NCBI GenBank assembly: GCA_004431415.1
Contig: QPMI01000202.1
Span: 61,757 to 125,756, forward strand
Length of the DNA stretch: 64,000 bases
Reading direction: 5' to 3'
Source of the DNA: Cyanophora paradoxa CCMP329
Lineage: Eukaryota > Plantae > Glaucophyta
Under the pieces are notes generated by a model. The model saw only the letters and a list, made by a program, of their open reading frames with translations, had not been told where the DNA came from and ran no database searches. Below are positions 1 to 13,241 of this stretch, in pieces (position 1 is the stretch's first letter; each line of letters begins with the position of its first letter). Position numbers and translations under genes: made by a program.

Positions 1-2601
1 CCCCGGGGCCTGGCTCAGCGTGGCCTGCCGCGGGGTCAGGGTCCGGGGGGTGGCGGGGGCGGGGGCCGGGGGCGGGCGGACGTTGTTGCAGAGGGCGGCG
101 CAGTGGAGGGCGAGGCGGAGGGCGGCGTCGCGCCCCGCGTCGACGGGGGGCCCCGCCGCGTCGCCCTCCTCCAGGAACTCCCCCACCGGCGCGATCCCCG
201 CCCCCGTCACTGCCCCCCGAACCCCTCAGCCCGGCTGCTGGGGCCGGGGCCGGGGCCGGGGCCGGGGCCGGGGCGGGGCGGGCCGCGGAGGAGGCGCTCC
301 CCCGCGACGTCGAGCGCCACCGCCACCATCCGCCCCTGCGTCTGCCCACGCGCCCCGCCCCGCGCTTCAGAAGGTCGAGGCGGTGTTCTCGTGACGGAAT
401 GATCGCGAGCTGACCAGCGTCCCAGTCTTGTCCTGCCAAGGAGGCGGATCGGAGGTCAGCGGCGGCCTGGGGAGCTGAGCTGCGGGGCGGGGCGGGGCGG
501 ACGGAGCAGATGTCGGTGACGGCGCCGAGGGCCTCGAGCGAGTTCAGCTTCCGCACCACCGCCCGCTGCCCCCCGCCCGGTACCCGTCGGACCTCGCCTC
601 CAGTTCGAACAACTCTTCCCGCCCGATCGCGACTCGAGCGCGCACCTTCTTTGCCATGCGCCGGACACCGATCGCCTGCGGGGGCGCAGGGCTCAGATCT
701 AGATCTAGAGCAGCGCGCGCGGGCGGCTTGAATGGCGCGCCATGGTGACGGTGAGGACGGCGACGAGCCCCTCCGGGATGATCTGCCGCCCCGGGCCGTC
801 ACCGTCAACGCTCCCCTCGACGCGTACGTCGACCGGAGACTCAAAGGGAGATCTAGATCTGGATTGGAGCATCTGCGGGCCGGGGGGCGGGGCGGGGCGG
901 GGCGGACGGCGATGGCGACGCTGATGGAGTAGAGGGCGATCTCGTGGGCGTCCCCCGAGAACTGCGCCCGGCCATCAACACTGCACGCGCTTCGAGACTC
1001 TCCGCCCGCGCGCGCACCCCGTAGCGAGCGAAGACGACGAGGACGGTGAGCCCGCCGAAGAGGAAGAGGGCGAACCCCAGGTAGTTCATCCGCCGCTGCG
1101 TAACGCGGACGTGAGGCGAGCTGGAGTTCGTCTGTCACAGCCGGTCGCAATCGGTTCCGGAGCGACGACCGCGGCCGGTCGCGCCTGCAGCGGGGTGGCG
1201 ACGTGCTTGGGCTGGAGCTTCTCGGCAATGTGCCCGAGCTCGGTCGCCATCCCCGTCGCCGTCGCCACGCCCCTCGCCCGGCCCCGCGTCACGATCGTGT
1301 TCTTGAACGCCATCTGCTCTTCCCCCTCAAAGTTAATTCTCGACGAAGCCGAGAAGAGGCCGGGCTGAAATTTAGGGGCGCGCGTTCGTGCGATCTCCCA
1401 CGGGCGGAGGCAGGTCGGTCGGGGGCAGCGGCTCAACGGTTTTCCTGTGCGCTCGCGCAGGCGCGGTACCGGTCAACACGTCGTAAGTCGAATGTGAAGG
1501 CTGCAGCTGGATCCGATCGCGAACTGTCGTTCCGCGGGCCGCGCGGCGCACCGTACGGGGTTCGCCTCGCCGGTGAGGAGCGCCTCGTCGGCCTCCATCC
1601 CAGCCACCGACGCGAGCCGCATGTCGCACGGCACCTGGCCGCCCCGCGCTGAAGGCTCAGGACCACAGCTGTGCGGGACGGCGGCGCGCAGTCGCGAGCG
1701 GCGCGCGCGCCTGGTTGCCGTCCTCCAAGAGCACAAGGTCGCCGGGGACGACCTCGTCGGTGCTGATCTCTTGCTCCCTGCCGCCTCGCACCACCCGCGC
1801 CACAGCTGAAATTAGCAGTCAGCGGAACTGAAATATGGCATTGGGACATGTACATATGCATGGAGATATCGATGATGATTTTGCGCACGGGCTGTGGACT
1901 TTTTCAGAGCCGCCAGCGTCTTCTCGGCGCGAAACTCCTGAAAATACCTGCACGCAAAAGTGAACGATGACATTGTCGGCTCAGCAATTTTTGCAGCGCT
2001 GCACACGTGCATCCGCGAAATTATCCTAGCCCGGATCCGGATGTCGCGTGCTGCGGCCGCCCCCCGGCCCTTTACAGCTAGCGCTGCGCCGCACCCGACG
2101 AGGACGTTGAAAACAATGACGGTGCCGATGACGGCCGCGTCGATGGCCTCCTGGAAGACGATCGTCACAACCAGCGCCGCGTAGAGAATGAGGATGATCG
2201 GCGCCGTCATGTGCTCCACTGGCCGGCGCCGTCAAGCGGCGCGCGGCGCTTCGTCCGAGAGAGGCGGCGGGATAAACCTCACCGAGCAGCTTAAGGGCGG
2301 AGAAGCTGTGGACGCCTTTGAGGCGATTCGGACCGTGCTCCTCCAGTCTCCGCGTCGCTTCCGCTTCCTCAAGCCCGTTGCTCAGCGAGACGCCTTGTTG
2401 CGCGGCTGCACGCACGTGGATGTATCGGCTCATGATCACAGCAGATCTAGAAGCTTAAGCGATTCACGCCGCGGTTGCCGCGCATGGGGCCGGCGCACCT
2501 ACTTCAAAAATCGTCTGCGCGTACGGCGGCGCGCCGAGCGCGTGCGCTGCGCCGTCAGCGGTGGCGTGCTCGTGGCGCTTGTGCCGAGCGCGCAGACCCA
2601 T
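1..2601 (-). CDS. ENA-type (P2D) Na+/K+-exporting P-type ATPase, multi-exon; 3' part runs off the window start
   Basis: Spliced exons give HGPNRL, VPGDLV, EALLTGE, TGMATELGHIA, IIPEGLVAVLTVTMA and LEALGAVTDICS|DKTGTL|TQGRM. The TDICSDKTGTLTQG context is typical of ENA ATPases. ATG placed at 2601. Confidence 0.85.
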
Positions 2602-2886
2602 TTATGGGGTTTCGAATCTAGCTGCCGAATCTAGCTATAGCTAGAAGAGGAGATGATCGAGGAAAAGAGCGCGCGCTGGACTCGAACTTCGAAGAGGAGA
2701 GAAGCTGCATATGCATATGAGCAGAATCGAACTTCGAATTCGGAAGGGGGAAATTAAATCTGTAAATGCAAGGAATTCATTCGCAACAGAGAAGAAGAGA
2801 AATGAAGGGGGAAATTTAATTTGTAAATGCGAATGAAAACACGGGATCATCGAATCAAATCCTCGCAGTTTAATTCCGTTCTTGAA

Positions 2887-5800
2887 TCATATTGACGCCG
2901 ACACAAGCAGCCTAGGCCTATAGCTAGGCCTACGCCTCGAGCTCGGCGACGGCGAGGGGCGCCTCGTCCCCGCCCTGCGGTTGGAGCCGGCCCGCTGCCT
3001 CGCCCTGCCAGCCTCGCTGAGCCACCGAGTCGCGGCCCCGCGCACGGCCCGCCGCCCGCACCTTCAGCTGCGCCCGCCACATCGCCGCGTACCTGAAGGC
3101 GCCCCGGACCGCTCACGCCGCGGCCGGGCTCGGAGGGCCGGGGCGGGGGCGGGGGCGGTGGGCGGGCGGGGGCGCACCGGCCGCCCGGGCGCGCGAGGAG
3201 CTCCTCGTGCGTCCCCTCCTCCACCACCTGCGCGCGTACGATCGGGAGGACATGCGTTTCAGAACATTGGGCACTTGGGAAGCGGGGCGCACGCGGCCGC
3301 GGTCGAGGACGAGGATCGCGTCGGCGTCCACCACCGTGCTCAGCCGGTGCGCCACCTCGCGGGGGGAAAGGTGAGGATGCATATGGCGCCACGCGCGGGG
3401 AGGGCCCTTGGGTACCACCACGGCTGTCCGGTTGCCTGGAGGCGCGGGGGGGCTGGTCGGAGGGGCGGGGCGGCGGGGCGGGGGGCGCCGGCGCGGCGCA
3501 CGGGAGAGGTCGCGGAGGGAAGAGAGGACGTCGCGCTCCGTCGCGCTGTCCAGCGCCGACGTCGCCTCTGGGCACGGGAGGGGGGATTAAGGGGGATGGG
3601 GAAGAAGGGGCGCGGGGGGGACGCGCCGTCGAGGAGGAGGATGCGGGGGTCCTTCAGAATCACACGCGCGATCGCCACCCGCTGCTTCTCGCCTGCAAGG
3701 GGCTCGAGAGGGTACGAGAGAAGGAGGTTGGGGCAGTGTACCCCCCGAGAGCCGCACACCGCGCTCGCCCACGCGCGTCGCGTACCTGCACAGGGCCGGC
3801 TCAGGGGGTAAGCGCTCGTTTCAGTGGGAGGGGTAGAGAAAAACGCGCTTCAAAGGGAAACGCTGGACGGTCTCGTCGAGGCGTGCGGCCCGCGAAGCCT
3901 CGAGCACCTCCTCTGCGGGGGCGGTGAGCGTCCCGGGTACACATCCCTGCAGCCGGTTTGGGGGTACCGGGGGACGCGGAGGGCCGCCCGAAGCGGACGT
4001 TGCGATACAGCGAGTCGTTGAAGAGCACCGTGTCCTGGGGGGTACGGGCGTAAGGAGGAGAGCGGGGGGGAAGAAGCAGTGCAGCACCTGGGGTACGACG
4101 CCTATGTGGCGCCTGAGGGACTCTTGTGTCACGTCGCGCACGTCCCGTCCTGGCAAATGGATCGGCCGGGGGTGCGGATATAAAGGGGACAAAGGAGGGG
4201 CGCGGAGGTGGGGGGGGGGTACCGTCGACGAGGACGGAGCCGGAGTGGGGGTCGTAGGCGCGGAAGAGGAGCCGGAGCACGGTGCTCTGCGAGGGCCGGG
4301 GCCGGCCCCGCCTGGTCAGCGAGGGGCGGAGGTCAAACCTGCCCGGCGGGACTCGAGCGCGGACCTTTCCGGAGCCCGTCGGCCCGACGATCGCGAGCGT
4401 CCTGCCGGGCTCCACGCGGAAGGAGACCTGCGCGCGTTGTTTGGGGGGAGGGCGGGGGGTACGCGCGCGGCGCACGTTCTGGAGCTCGTTGCGGCCGGCG
4501 CCGTAGCCGAACGTGACGTCACGGAACTCGACCGCCCCGCCGCACAGCTGCGCGGAGGTAGGAGGGCGTGAGGAGGAGGACGCGACGGGCCGGGGCGGGC
4601 GAGGCCGGGCAGGGTGGTGCGGGCGCGCCTCGAGCTCCTCGGCGTCCTCTGCGTCCTGGACCGTCGCCTGCGCAGGGGGTAGAAGGAGGGGGCCTCAGGC
4701 CGCCGCCGGCGCGGCGCGGGGGGCGCGGGGGACGCGCCCGCGTGTCGGCGAGCTCGACGAGCCGCCGCAGGTCCGTCGTCGACGTCTTCAGCTCCCGGAA
4801 CGCGTACTGCCGCCCCGCGTCGGGCGGGGGCGCGGGGGCCGCCGGGGGCCGCCGGGTTCGGGGCGGGGCGGGGCGGACGCCGAGGTGCTCGAGGGGGGAG
4901 TAGAGCTGCAGGGTGAGGCCGTTCACCGCCACCAGGTCCCCGACGCTCACCCGAGCCTGCCCCGGCGTTGAAGGCACCGGATGCGGGGCCCGCGGCGGGG
5001 GGCGGGGGCGGGGCGCACGCGGCAGGCCATGGCGAGGACGCAGCAGAGGGCGGCGGAGCAGCAGATCGCCTGTCCCAAGTTCAGCAGGTTCACCGAGCTG
5101 CCCGCCCCGCCCCGCCCCGCCCCAGGCGATCGTCAGCCGCTGCGGGCGGGGCGGCGGGCGGGGCGGCGGCCGGGGGCGGGCACCGGATGCCGAGGACGCT
5201 GGACCGCTCCAGCACGCGGAAGAGCGCGTCGTACTCCTGCCCGGCGGCGTCGGCGGGGTACGTGGATTTGTAAAAGGGGGCGTACAGCGATCTCGGAGCG
5301 CTCCTGGCCGAAGTACTGCGGGCGGGGCTGGCACGGAGGGGCAGGGGAGGGGGGTGAGGGCGGGGGGTACGCGCCTTGACGGTCTCGTAGTTGAGAAGCG
5401 AGTCGACGAGGCGCGCGCTCGTGCGGTCGTCGAGCTCGTTGGCGACCTGGAGCCCCGTGAGGCCGGCGCTGCAGGGCGGCGGGGGCGGGGCGGGCCTTGC
5501 GGAGCGGGGTGCGCCAGCGGGTGACGGTGACGGTCCAGGCGGCGTAGAGGGCGAGCCAGCCGGCCGAGGCCGCCACGTACCGCCACCCGTAGCTGCGCCC
5601 CGTCAGCGAGGCCGGCGCGGGGGAGGAGCGCGGGCGGGCGGCTCGCTTCCTGAGGAGGATGGCCATGATGATGGCGATCTCGACGGCGGAGCGCCCGAAC
5701 TGGGAGACCCCGATGCTGATGAGCCGCTCGATCGCCCTGCCCCGCCCGGCGTCAGAGGCAGGGCGCCGGGGCGGGGCGGGGCGGGGCGGGGCGGGCCGGG

Positions 5801-6873
5801 CGCCGCGGTCGACGACGCGGACGACGGCGCCGGTGGAGCGCTCCACGTGGAAGCGCGCGTCCAGCGCGTGCATGTGCCCGAACAGGTCCTGCACGCACGC
5901 CTCAGGGGGAAGGGGGGGGGAAGCAAGGGGGCATCGACGGCGCACGGTGGAGACCTGCCGGATGGCGCGCTGCCCGACGGCCGTCATCCAGACGTACCTG
6001 GCCGCTGCGCTCAGCGGTGCGCGCGGGACCGGGGGCCGGGGGACGGGGCGGGGGCGGGGCGGGCGCCTGCAGGCGGAGGAGAGGGCGCTGCCGGAGCGGG
6101 CGGCGAAGAGGGCCGAGACGAGGGCGATGGGGACCGCTGCGTGCGCGCTCCCCGCCCGCTCCGCGATGCGCTTGAAGATAAGCGGCGCGCTCGCGTTCAG
6201 CGCGTTCGACGCCACCAGCGCCACGCACGCCAGCACCACCTGCGCCCCCGCGCGCCCTCAGTGAGATCGACACCGGAGCCGCGCGCGCGGGCGCTCGGGC
6301 GGGGCGGGCCCTGGCGCGGGTGGCGGGGTCGTCCGTGGGCCAGAGGTAGGCGACGAGGAACTTGGCGCCGAGGCGCAGGTCGCGCGCGTCCTCCTCCGTG
6401 AAGCTCTGGTTCTCGTCGCAGGGCCGCGGGTCCAGCCCCAGGCCGTGCAGAAAGCGGACCCAGCGCGTGGGCGGCCTCCCCTTCTCGTCCGTCTTCGGCG
6501 GCCACTCCGGCACCTCCTGCCCGACCCCGATCGGGCCCAGCGCTTCCGCGCTGCTCGAGCTCGCGGCCGTCCCCGCGTCGACTGAGGCGCTCGCCGTGTG
6601 CGGCGGGTGCCACTGATTCGCACCGCCTGCGCTGAAGCCGCCGCTGGGCGCCGGGACGGGCGACGCGTGCACGAGGGCGATCCGCCGTGAAGACCATCTT
6701 CTGAATCCGTCGATATCTAGATCCGGCGAGCCCGTGCGCCAGCCGCTGCTGTGCGACCTACACGCGTGCCGATCCGGAGGAGGAGGCCTCCGGAGGCACA
6801 TAGTATTTGACGCACGCGCTGCATCTGCCGGTAGCGCTCTGGGGCGCGCGGGGAGCGCGGCCACGAAGTTCAT
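2887..6873 (-). CDS. ATM1: ATM1/ABCB7/HMT1-like ABC half transporter, multi-exon
   Basis: The TMD has YLWP, HMHALDARFHVERSTG, DSLLNYETVK and VGDLVAVNGL. The NBD has GPTGSGKST, VVPQDTVLFND, VGERGVRLSGGEKQRVAIAR, LLLDEATSALD and VAHRLSTV. Start (6873 or 6801) and last exon are uncertain. Confidence 0.85.
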
Positions 6874-6887
6874 TGGCGCGGTTGGGG

Positions 6888-6945
6888 TACAAGACAGAAG
6901 CGGTGGCGCCGCTCAGCAGCTAGATACAAGACAGAAGCGGTGGCG
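6888..6945. repeat. Perfect 21-bp direct repeat TACAAGACAGAAGCGGTGGCG x2 in a divergent promoter
   Basis: Copies at 6888-6908 and 6925-6945, between the ATM1-like and AKAP17A-like start codons. Confidence 0.9.
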
Positions 6946-7063
6946 GGCCGCAGCGAGAGAGGTCGACGTGCAACAAGGAACTCAGCGCTCAGCTGTCTCA
7001 AGTGTTCGACGCGCGGCATCCTCACGTCTTCCATCTTCAGCCGGCTTGGCGCTCGCTTGCGCC

Positions 7064-8979
7064 ATGTCGGACGATGAAGTAGAGCCGATGGAGGCGGAGG
7101 AGCTCGACGAGGACGAGGCGGAGTTCTACTTGACGCACGACCTCTACCTCGCGCACGTCTATCGCGTGTCGTTGAAGCTGACGGCGGTGCGCTGGGCGAC
7201 GTTTAGTCTTTAACGCGGACCAGACAGCCTGCGGGCCTGCGGCCCGAAGCGAATGACCGCTGACGCCGTATGCTCGCAGACGAAGCCAAACGCGCAGGCG
7301 CCCGATGCGATGAGCGTCAAAGAATACATCAATGTTCGTCGCTGACCCCCTGCGGCATGTGCTGCGAGGCGGGATCAAATTGCCAACTCGGAGTGCGCAG
7401 GCCGCCACCGCCGGGAAGGCCTTCAACGTCGAAGTGGCGAAGCCGGAGCTCAAGTTTACCTTCACGCGCGCCGTGGAGCCGCCCGAGACGAAGGCCGTGG
7501 TGAGGGCGCATGTCTTCCCCCAGCCGCGGCGCCCGTGACGCGCCGCCAGTTGCACTTCAAGCACGACGCGGACGCAATAGCTTTCGTGAAGAAGGTGGAC
7601 GGCCGCCGCGTCTTCCTCCGCGGTCCGCCCCGCCCGCGCCGGCCGCCGGCGTCGCTCTGGCTGACAGGCGCGGCGCGCAGGGGTCGAGTTCAAAGCGGAG
7701 GCGGAGGAGAACCGGCCCGCCGAGTACGCGGCGATCCAGCGCGAGTGGGAGCGCGTCTTCTACGGCGGCGGCATGAAGGGCGCCAAGCGTGCGCCGCCCG
7801 CGCCCCCCTCGCCCCGCGCCCCCGGCCCACGGCGGGGGCGGGGCGGCAGGGAGGTTCGAGGATCTGTCCCCGGGCGAGCGCCCCGACACGATCGTGCTCT
7901 CGGGGCTGCCCTCGCGCTGGTTCGTCGACGACGCACCGCAGCCGGCCCCTTCCGAGGCCGGCCCCGCCGAGCCGGCCCCGGCCGCGCCCCCTCCTGCATC
8001 CTCCTCATCCACCGCCCCCGCCACCGGCCGAACGTGCGGGCCATCACCTTGCCCCGCCCCATCTATCTTCCGCTGGGCGCTGACGGGGGGCAGGTCGCGG
8101 CTGCGGGGCCCGTCCCTTCGTGTCCTCCGCACCGTCTTCTCCAAGTTCGGCCGCATCCGCAACGTCGAAATCAGCGAGGCACGTACCCCCATGGTTCCGC
8201 GCTCGCGCACCCCTGACGCGCCCGGCCCGCAGGTGCCTCGGACGGGGAAGGAGTCGGTGGAGGAGGAGTTCGAGCGCGCCATGAACTTTCTCGTCCACGT
8301 CCAGTTCTTCGAGGCCCGCCCCGTACCCCTTCCTCTTTCTCCCCCCCCCGCTGACACGTACCCCCCAGTACGCGGACTTCTGCCGCGCGGTGCGGACCTT
8401 CGCGTCGCGCGCCCTTCACAAGGCGCGCCCGCTCCCCCCCCCCTTCCCCCCCCCCTCCCCCTGAGCTGCGGGCAGGAGGGGGCGTCGTTCATCTGCTATT
8501 TCAAGCTGGACTTCGACCGCACGAAGCGCTTCCTCGACTCCAGCGCCGTCTCCCCGGCCGCCGGCGGGGCGGGGCCCCCCAAGGTCCGCCCCCAGGCGCC
8601 CCCCCGCGCCCCTTGCCCTCCCCTGAGCTCCACCGCAGATCCAGCGCACGCACTCCGGGGGCGGCGAGCGCGCGCCCCCCACGCCCTCGGGTCCCCCCCG
8701 CAAGATGGCCGACAGCAGCGACGACGAGGCCTTCAGGTGCCCTCCCCCTCCCGCCCCCGACCGCCGCACCCCGGCGAGCCCCCGGGCAGCCAGCGGAGCC
8801 GGACGACGGGCCCGGGCTCGACCCTCGGCGACTCTGAGGCGGGGGACGAGGCGGCGGAGACCAGCTCGCAGGTGCCCCGTACCCCCTTGATGTTCCCCCC
8901 GTCCCTGAGAGCCGCACCGCAGGGGAGCCTGCGGAAACGCGTGCGGTTCGACCTCGAGCGGACGGTCGTTTACAGCTGA
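7064..8979 (+). CDS. AKAP17A/XE7-like splicing-associated protein, multi-exon
   Basis: LSPGERPDTIVLSGLPSRWF, PSLRVLRTVFSKFGRIRNVEI and a later FEAYVQY-like/DFDRTK region match the XE7 family core as I know it. Confidence 0.7.
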
Positions 8980-9773
8980 CAGCGCCAGCTCCGGCGCCCC
9001 TTTTCAGGCGAGCCGCAGCTCGCTGGCACGCTGGGAGAAGCGGTCAGATCCTGCTTTAGTGAAGCTACTTCTTCCTCGGACGATCTCTGCCATCCGATGA
9101 TCCGGATCCCTCGTTTCTTTCAGCCCCTCTTAGCTCTTAGCTTGCAATTGACCTCGGAACCTTTTGAAGCGTTGCGATTTGCTGGGCAGGTTGCATGCAT
9201 TGAACAAACAGGTACAGACCGTACAGTAGGCAGTTGACGCTGTGCACGCGAACATGTACAGAGGGCCGGGCCAGGAGAGCTCATGATCAAGTCCTGCCAG
9301 GCTGGCCATATGCATGGCCATGGGGAACGGAGCCCCTCTATATATCCTGTCCACGCGCAAACCGGCGCCGCACAAGACTGTGGGCGGAGGAGCATGCATG
9401 CGCATGCGTGTTCAATATTAATCGAGCATGCGCAGCCAGTCGGACGTCAACGCGACCGCTCACTCGGCGCTGACTCGCCGCTGCTCGGCGGGGGTACGGA
9501 GAGCTCGGAAAACTGGGTAGAGATTTCTCGGACCGCAGACCAGCCCGGCAAGCTCAGTTTCGCTGAGTTTACGGCCGATTGTGGCTGAGCTAGTGCGCGC
9601 CTGTTAAATCCAAGCAGCCAGCCCGCGTGCGTGGGCCCGTAGACATTTAATTCAAACAGCACGGAGCTAAGCGGATCAGGCCGCGCTTTCAACAGCTTGA
9701 AGGGTCATCATCTTTTGTGAGGCTAAGCGGGGCCCGGCGGCCGTGCGGGCACTTGAGCGCTTCTGGAGCCGGT

Positions 9774-12700
9774 ATGCACCGCAACGACACGGCGACGAGC
9801 ATCCGCTCTGCGGTCGGCCGGGAGCGCCCCGGCTCTCGGCAGGGCTCGAGCCGGGGCGGGCCTCTCAGCGGCCGCGGGGCCATCGACTTGAGCGCCTCTG
9901 CGCCCAACGCGGCCCTGCTGCGTACAGCGCCGGCCGGCCCGAGCGAGCAGACTTTCTCGACGCGCATCTTCGCGCGCGTGCGGGGCGCGTTCCAGCGGTT
10001 GGGCCGCGATGTGCTCGCCCTGGAGCGGAGCGGCTTCCGGGCCGGGTCGGGCATCCTGCGCCCCAGCGGCTCGGCCGCCTCGCTCCCGTCGGCGCTGAAG
10101 GCGCGCACCGGCTCGGGCGTCGGCGAGGCCGCCGGCGATGCCTCCGAGCGGCCGGCGGCGCTGGCGGCGGCCTCCTCGTCGTCGTCGCGGGCGGGGCGGA
10201 GGGGCCGGAGGAGCGGGCGCTGGCGCGGCGCCTGGCGGAGGAGGGCGCGACCTCCGCCGGCATCGGCTTCTCCTCCGAGCTCGCCAAGGGCCGCGAGTCC
10301 CTCGTGCGCCCGCCGCCCGCCCCCGCCGCCCCTCCCCCCCGCCCCCGCTCAGGGGCGGCCGGCGGCGGGCAGTCGGAGGTCATGAAGGAAGCGACGGGTT
10401 CCGTGAGCGAGTTCCGCGCGACGGTGGAGGCGTGCGTGGAGGCCGCCCAGGAGTCCGTCCTCGCCGAGGTCTTCTTCCTCTTCCAGGCGCCCGGCCCCCG
10501 CCCCCCGGCCCCCCCCGCCCCACCCCGCCCCGCCCCGCCTCACACCGCCCCCAGCACGCCTGCGCCTGCGAGGAGCAGTCCGAGCGCTACGCCGCCGAGA
10601 ACCAGAAACTCCGCCAGATCGCCGTCAGGCCCGCCCCTGGCCCCCTTATGGCGCGCCGCGCCCGGCCCCTGAGGCGCCGCGGGGCGCAGTCTGCGGCGGC
10701 GGCTGGACGAGGCCTCCGACCGCATCAAACAGGACGAGAACCTGTGCGCGGCGCCGTTTCCCGGGCCCCTCCCGCGGCCCCCGAGCGGGGCACGCGGGCG
10801 CGCAGGATGGACTTCCACCGGGGCCAGCTGGTGCGGCGGGACGGCGCCGTCTCGGACCTCAGGAGCCAGTTCCGCCAGTCGGTGGAGCTCATCCGGCGCG
10901 AGGCCAAGGAGGGGGAGCGGGAGCGGGTGGCAGCGCTGGAGAAGGCGCTGCAGGAGGCGCGGCTGCAGGCCTCGCGGCTGCGGGACGAGCTGCGGGAGGC
11001 GCACGCGCAGCTCGAGCGCCGGGAGACCGAGCAGGGCATGGAGTCCGCCATGCTTTCCGAGGTCCCCCCGGGCCCCCAGCCCCGCCCCCGGAGGCCCTCG
11101 CCCCTCTCTCAGGCGCCTGCCCCGCCCGCCCGCCCCGCAGCTCCGCGGCGCCGTCACGCGGATCGCCCGCACGCCGGTGCGCCCCCGCGCCCTCGCCGCC
11201 AGCGCGGCCTCCTCGTCGGCGTGCTCAGCGGGGCGCAGGTGCGGGAGGTGGCGCGGCGGGTGGCGGATGCCTTCGCGGGCCCCCGCTGGTGGTACCGCGC
11301 CGCCGCAGAGGCCGAGTGGGGCACCGGCCGCCTCCTCAGGCCAGCCCGCTCCTCCGGCCCGCGCGGCGGTGCCCTGAGGCGGGGGCGGCAGGCTGGCGGC
11401 GACGGCGCTGGAGGCGCCCACCTGCGTCGAGTGGCTCGACGGCTTCGCCCTGCGCGGCGCCCCCGCCTGGCCCCAGCGCCCCCGGCGGGGCAGGCCGCCC
11501 CCGCCCTCCCCGCCCGCGTCGCCCTCGCGGCGGTGCCCCAGCCGCTGGCGGCCGTCGAGCTGCCCCCGAGTGGGCCGCTGTCTGCGCCGAGGTGCCCCCG
11601 CCGGTGCGGCCCTCGCTCTCCCGCCTCGGCCCCGCCCATCCTCTGAGCGGTGGCGCGCAGAGCGGAGCGGGGCGCTGGAGGCGGGGGCGGCGCGGCGGGC
11701 GGCGCGGGAGATCCTGGAGGACCGGCGGGAGGCGGACCGGGCGGCGGACGCGGCGGGGCGCCTCCGCGAGCCCTTCGCCGCCTTCCTCCTCCGCGCCCTC
11801 CTCGCCCGCCACGCCACCCCGCCCGCTTCCGCCGCGTGCGCCGACCCCCGCCGGCCCCGCCCGGCCGCGACCGAAGGGGGCGGGGCCAGGCGGCGGTGGA
11901 GCTGGGGAACGCGGTGGGGCAGCTGGCGATGCGGGACCCGCTGCTCCGCCTCCTCGCCCGCTTCGCCGGCGCCGCCCCCTCCGACCGCTCCATCGCCAGG
12001 CGCGCCCCTCCCGGCCGCCTCCTCCTCAGGCGTCTGAGGGGCGGGCCGGGGCGCAGCGCGATGGCGGCGGGCGCCCCCTCCGCCTCCTTCTCCGAGCTCC
12101 CCGCCGACGCCCTCGACTTCTACCTGTACCCCCGCCCGCCCCGGGCCCCCCGCACCCCCCCGAGCCCGCGGCGCAGGCACGCGGCGGAGGCCCTCGACCG
12201 TCAGCTCGTCCGCGAGCCCGGCAACGGTGCGCCCGGCCCAGGAGATACCCCCCCCGCGCAACCCCCCTCCTCCCCTCCCCCCCCCCGCGCCTCCCCCCGC
12301 CTCCCTTCCCGTTTTCCTCTAATTTCTGTACCCCCTTGCTATAGCGCTGACGCTGAGCGGGATGGCGCACGCGGTGGCGGAGCTGCTGCCGGAGGTCCCC
12401 GGGCCCGTCCGCCAGCAGGTCGTACCCCCGCCCCCCGTCCCGGCAGGAGGCGCCCGGCTTGACGTCGCGCCCCCCCGCAGCTCCTCTCTCGAGCCGAGAA
12501 GCTCTCCAAGCGCGTGCCCCGCACCCCGCCCCGGCGCGCGCGTACCCCCCTGACGGGTCCTCCCCCAGGCACCCGGACCCGGACGCCTTCCTCGAGCTCG
12601 TCGTCGAGGAGTGGTCCAGCCACGCGGTGCCCCCGCCCCCCCGCCCGCCCCCTCCCCGCCCGCCCCTCGTCACGCGGGGCGGCAGGCGGGGCGGGCGGAG

Positions 12701-13241
12701 GCGGCGGTGAAGGCGGCGGTGTCGGAGACGGAGGCGCTGCGCTCGGGCTCCGTCCCCGCCGCCCGCTTCGCCGCCCTCGCCCAGCACATGCACCCGCGCC
12801 TCCGCCCCGACCAGGCCCGCCCCGCCCCCCGCCCCCCGCTGCTCGCGCCGAGACCGAGGCGGGGGCGGCAGGCGCTGGCGGCGTACGCGGAGGCGGCGCA
12901 GGGGGCGGGCGGCAAGGAGGCCTTCGACCGCGAGCTCTGCGCCGCCGCCGCCCGCCGCTACGCCCTCTGGGTCCCCCGCCCCGAGCCCCCGAGGGCCCCG
13001 CCGAGCAGCTCGCCCGCCTCGCCGCCGCCTGGCAGCCCGACCTCGACGCCGCCGAGGCGCCCCCTCCCCTCCCCTCACTCTCCCCTCGCTGAGCCTCGGG
13101 CAGGCGTCGGAGGCGCCCGGGGCGCGGGAGCTGGCGCGGGAGCTGCGGCAGGCGCTGGAGGCGGGGCGGGGCGACGCGCTCCTCGCCCTCGCCCTCCGCC
13201 GCGCCATGCTCGACGCCGCCTCCGGCGCCTCCAGGCTCTAG
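9774..13241 (+). CDS. Hypothetical multi-exon coiled-coil protein
   Basis: Exons with GC3-biased codons (ERVAALEKALQEARLQASRLRDELREAHAQLE) separated by typical short introns. An apparent frameshift lies near 10190. Confidence 0.6.
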
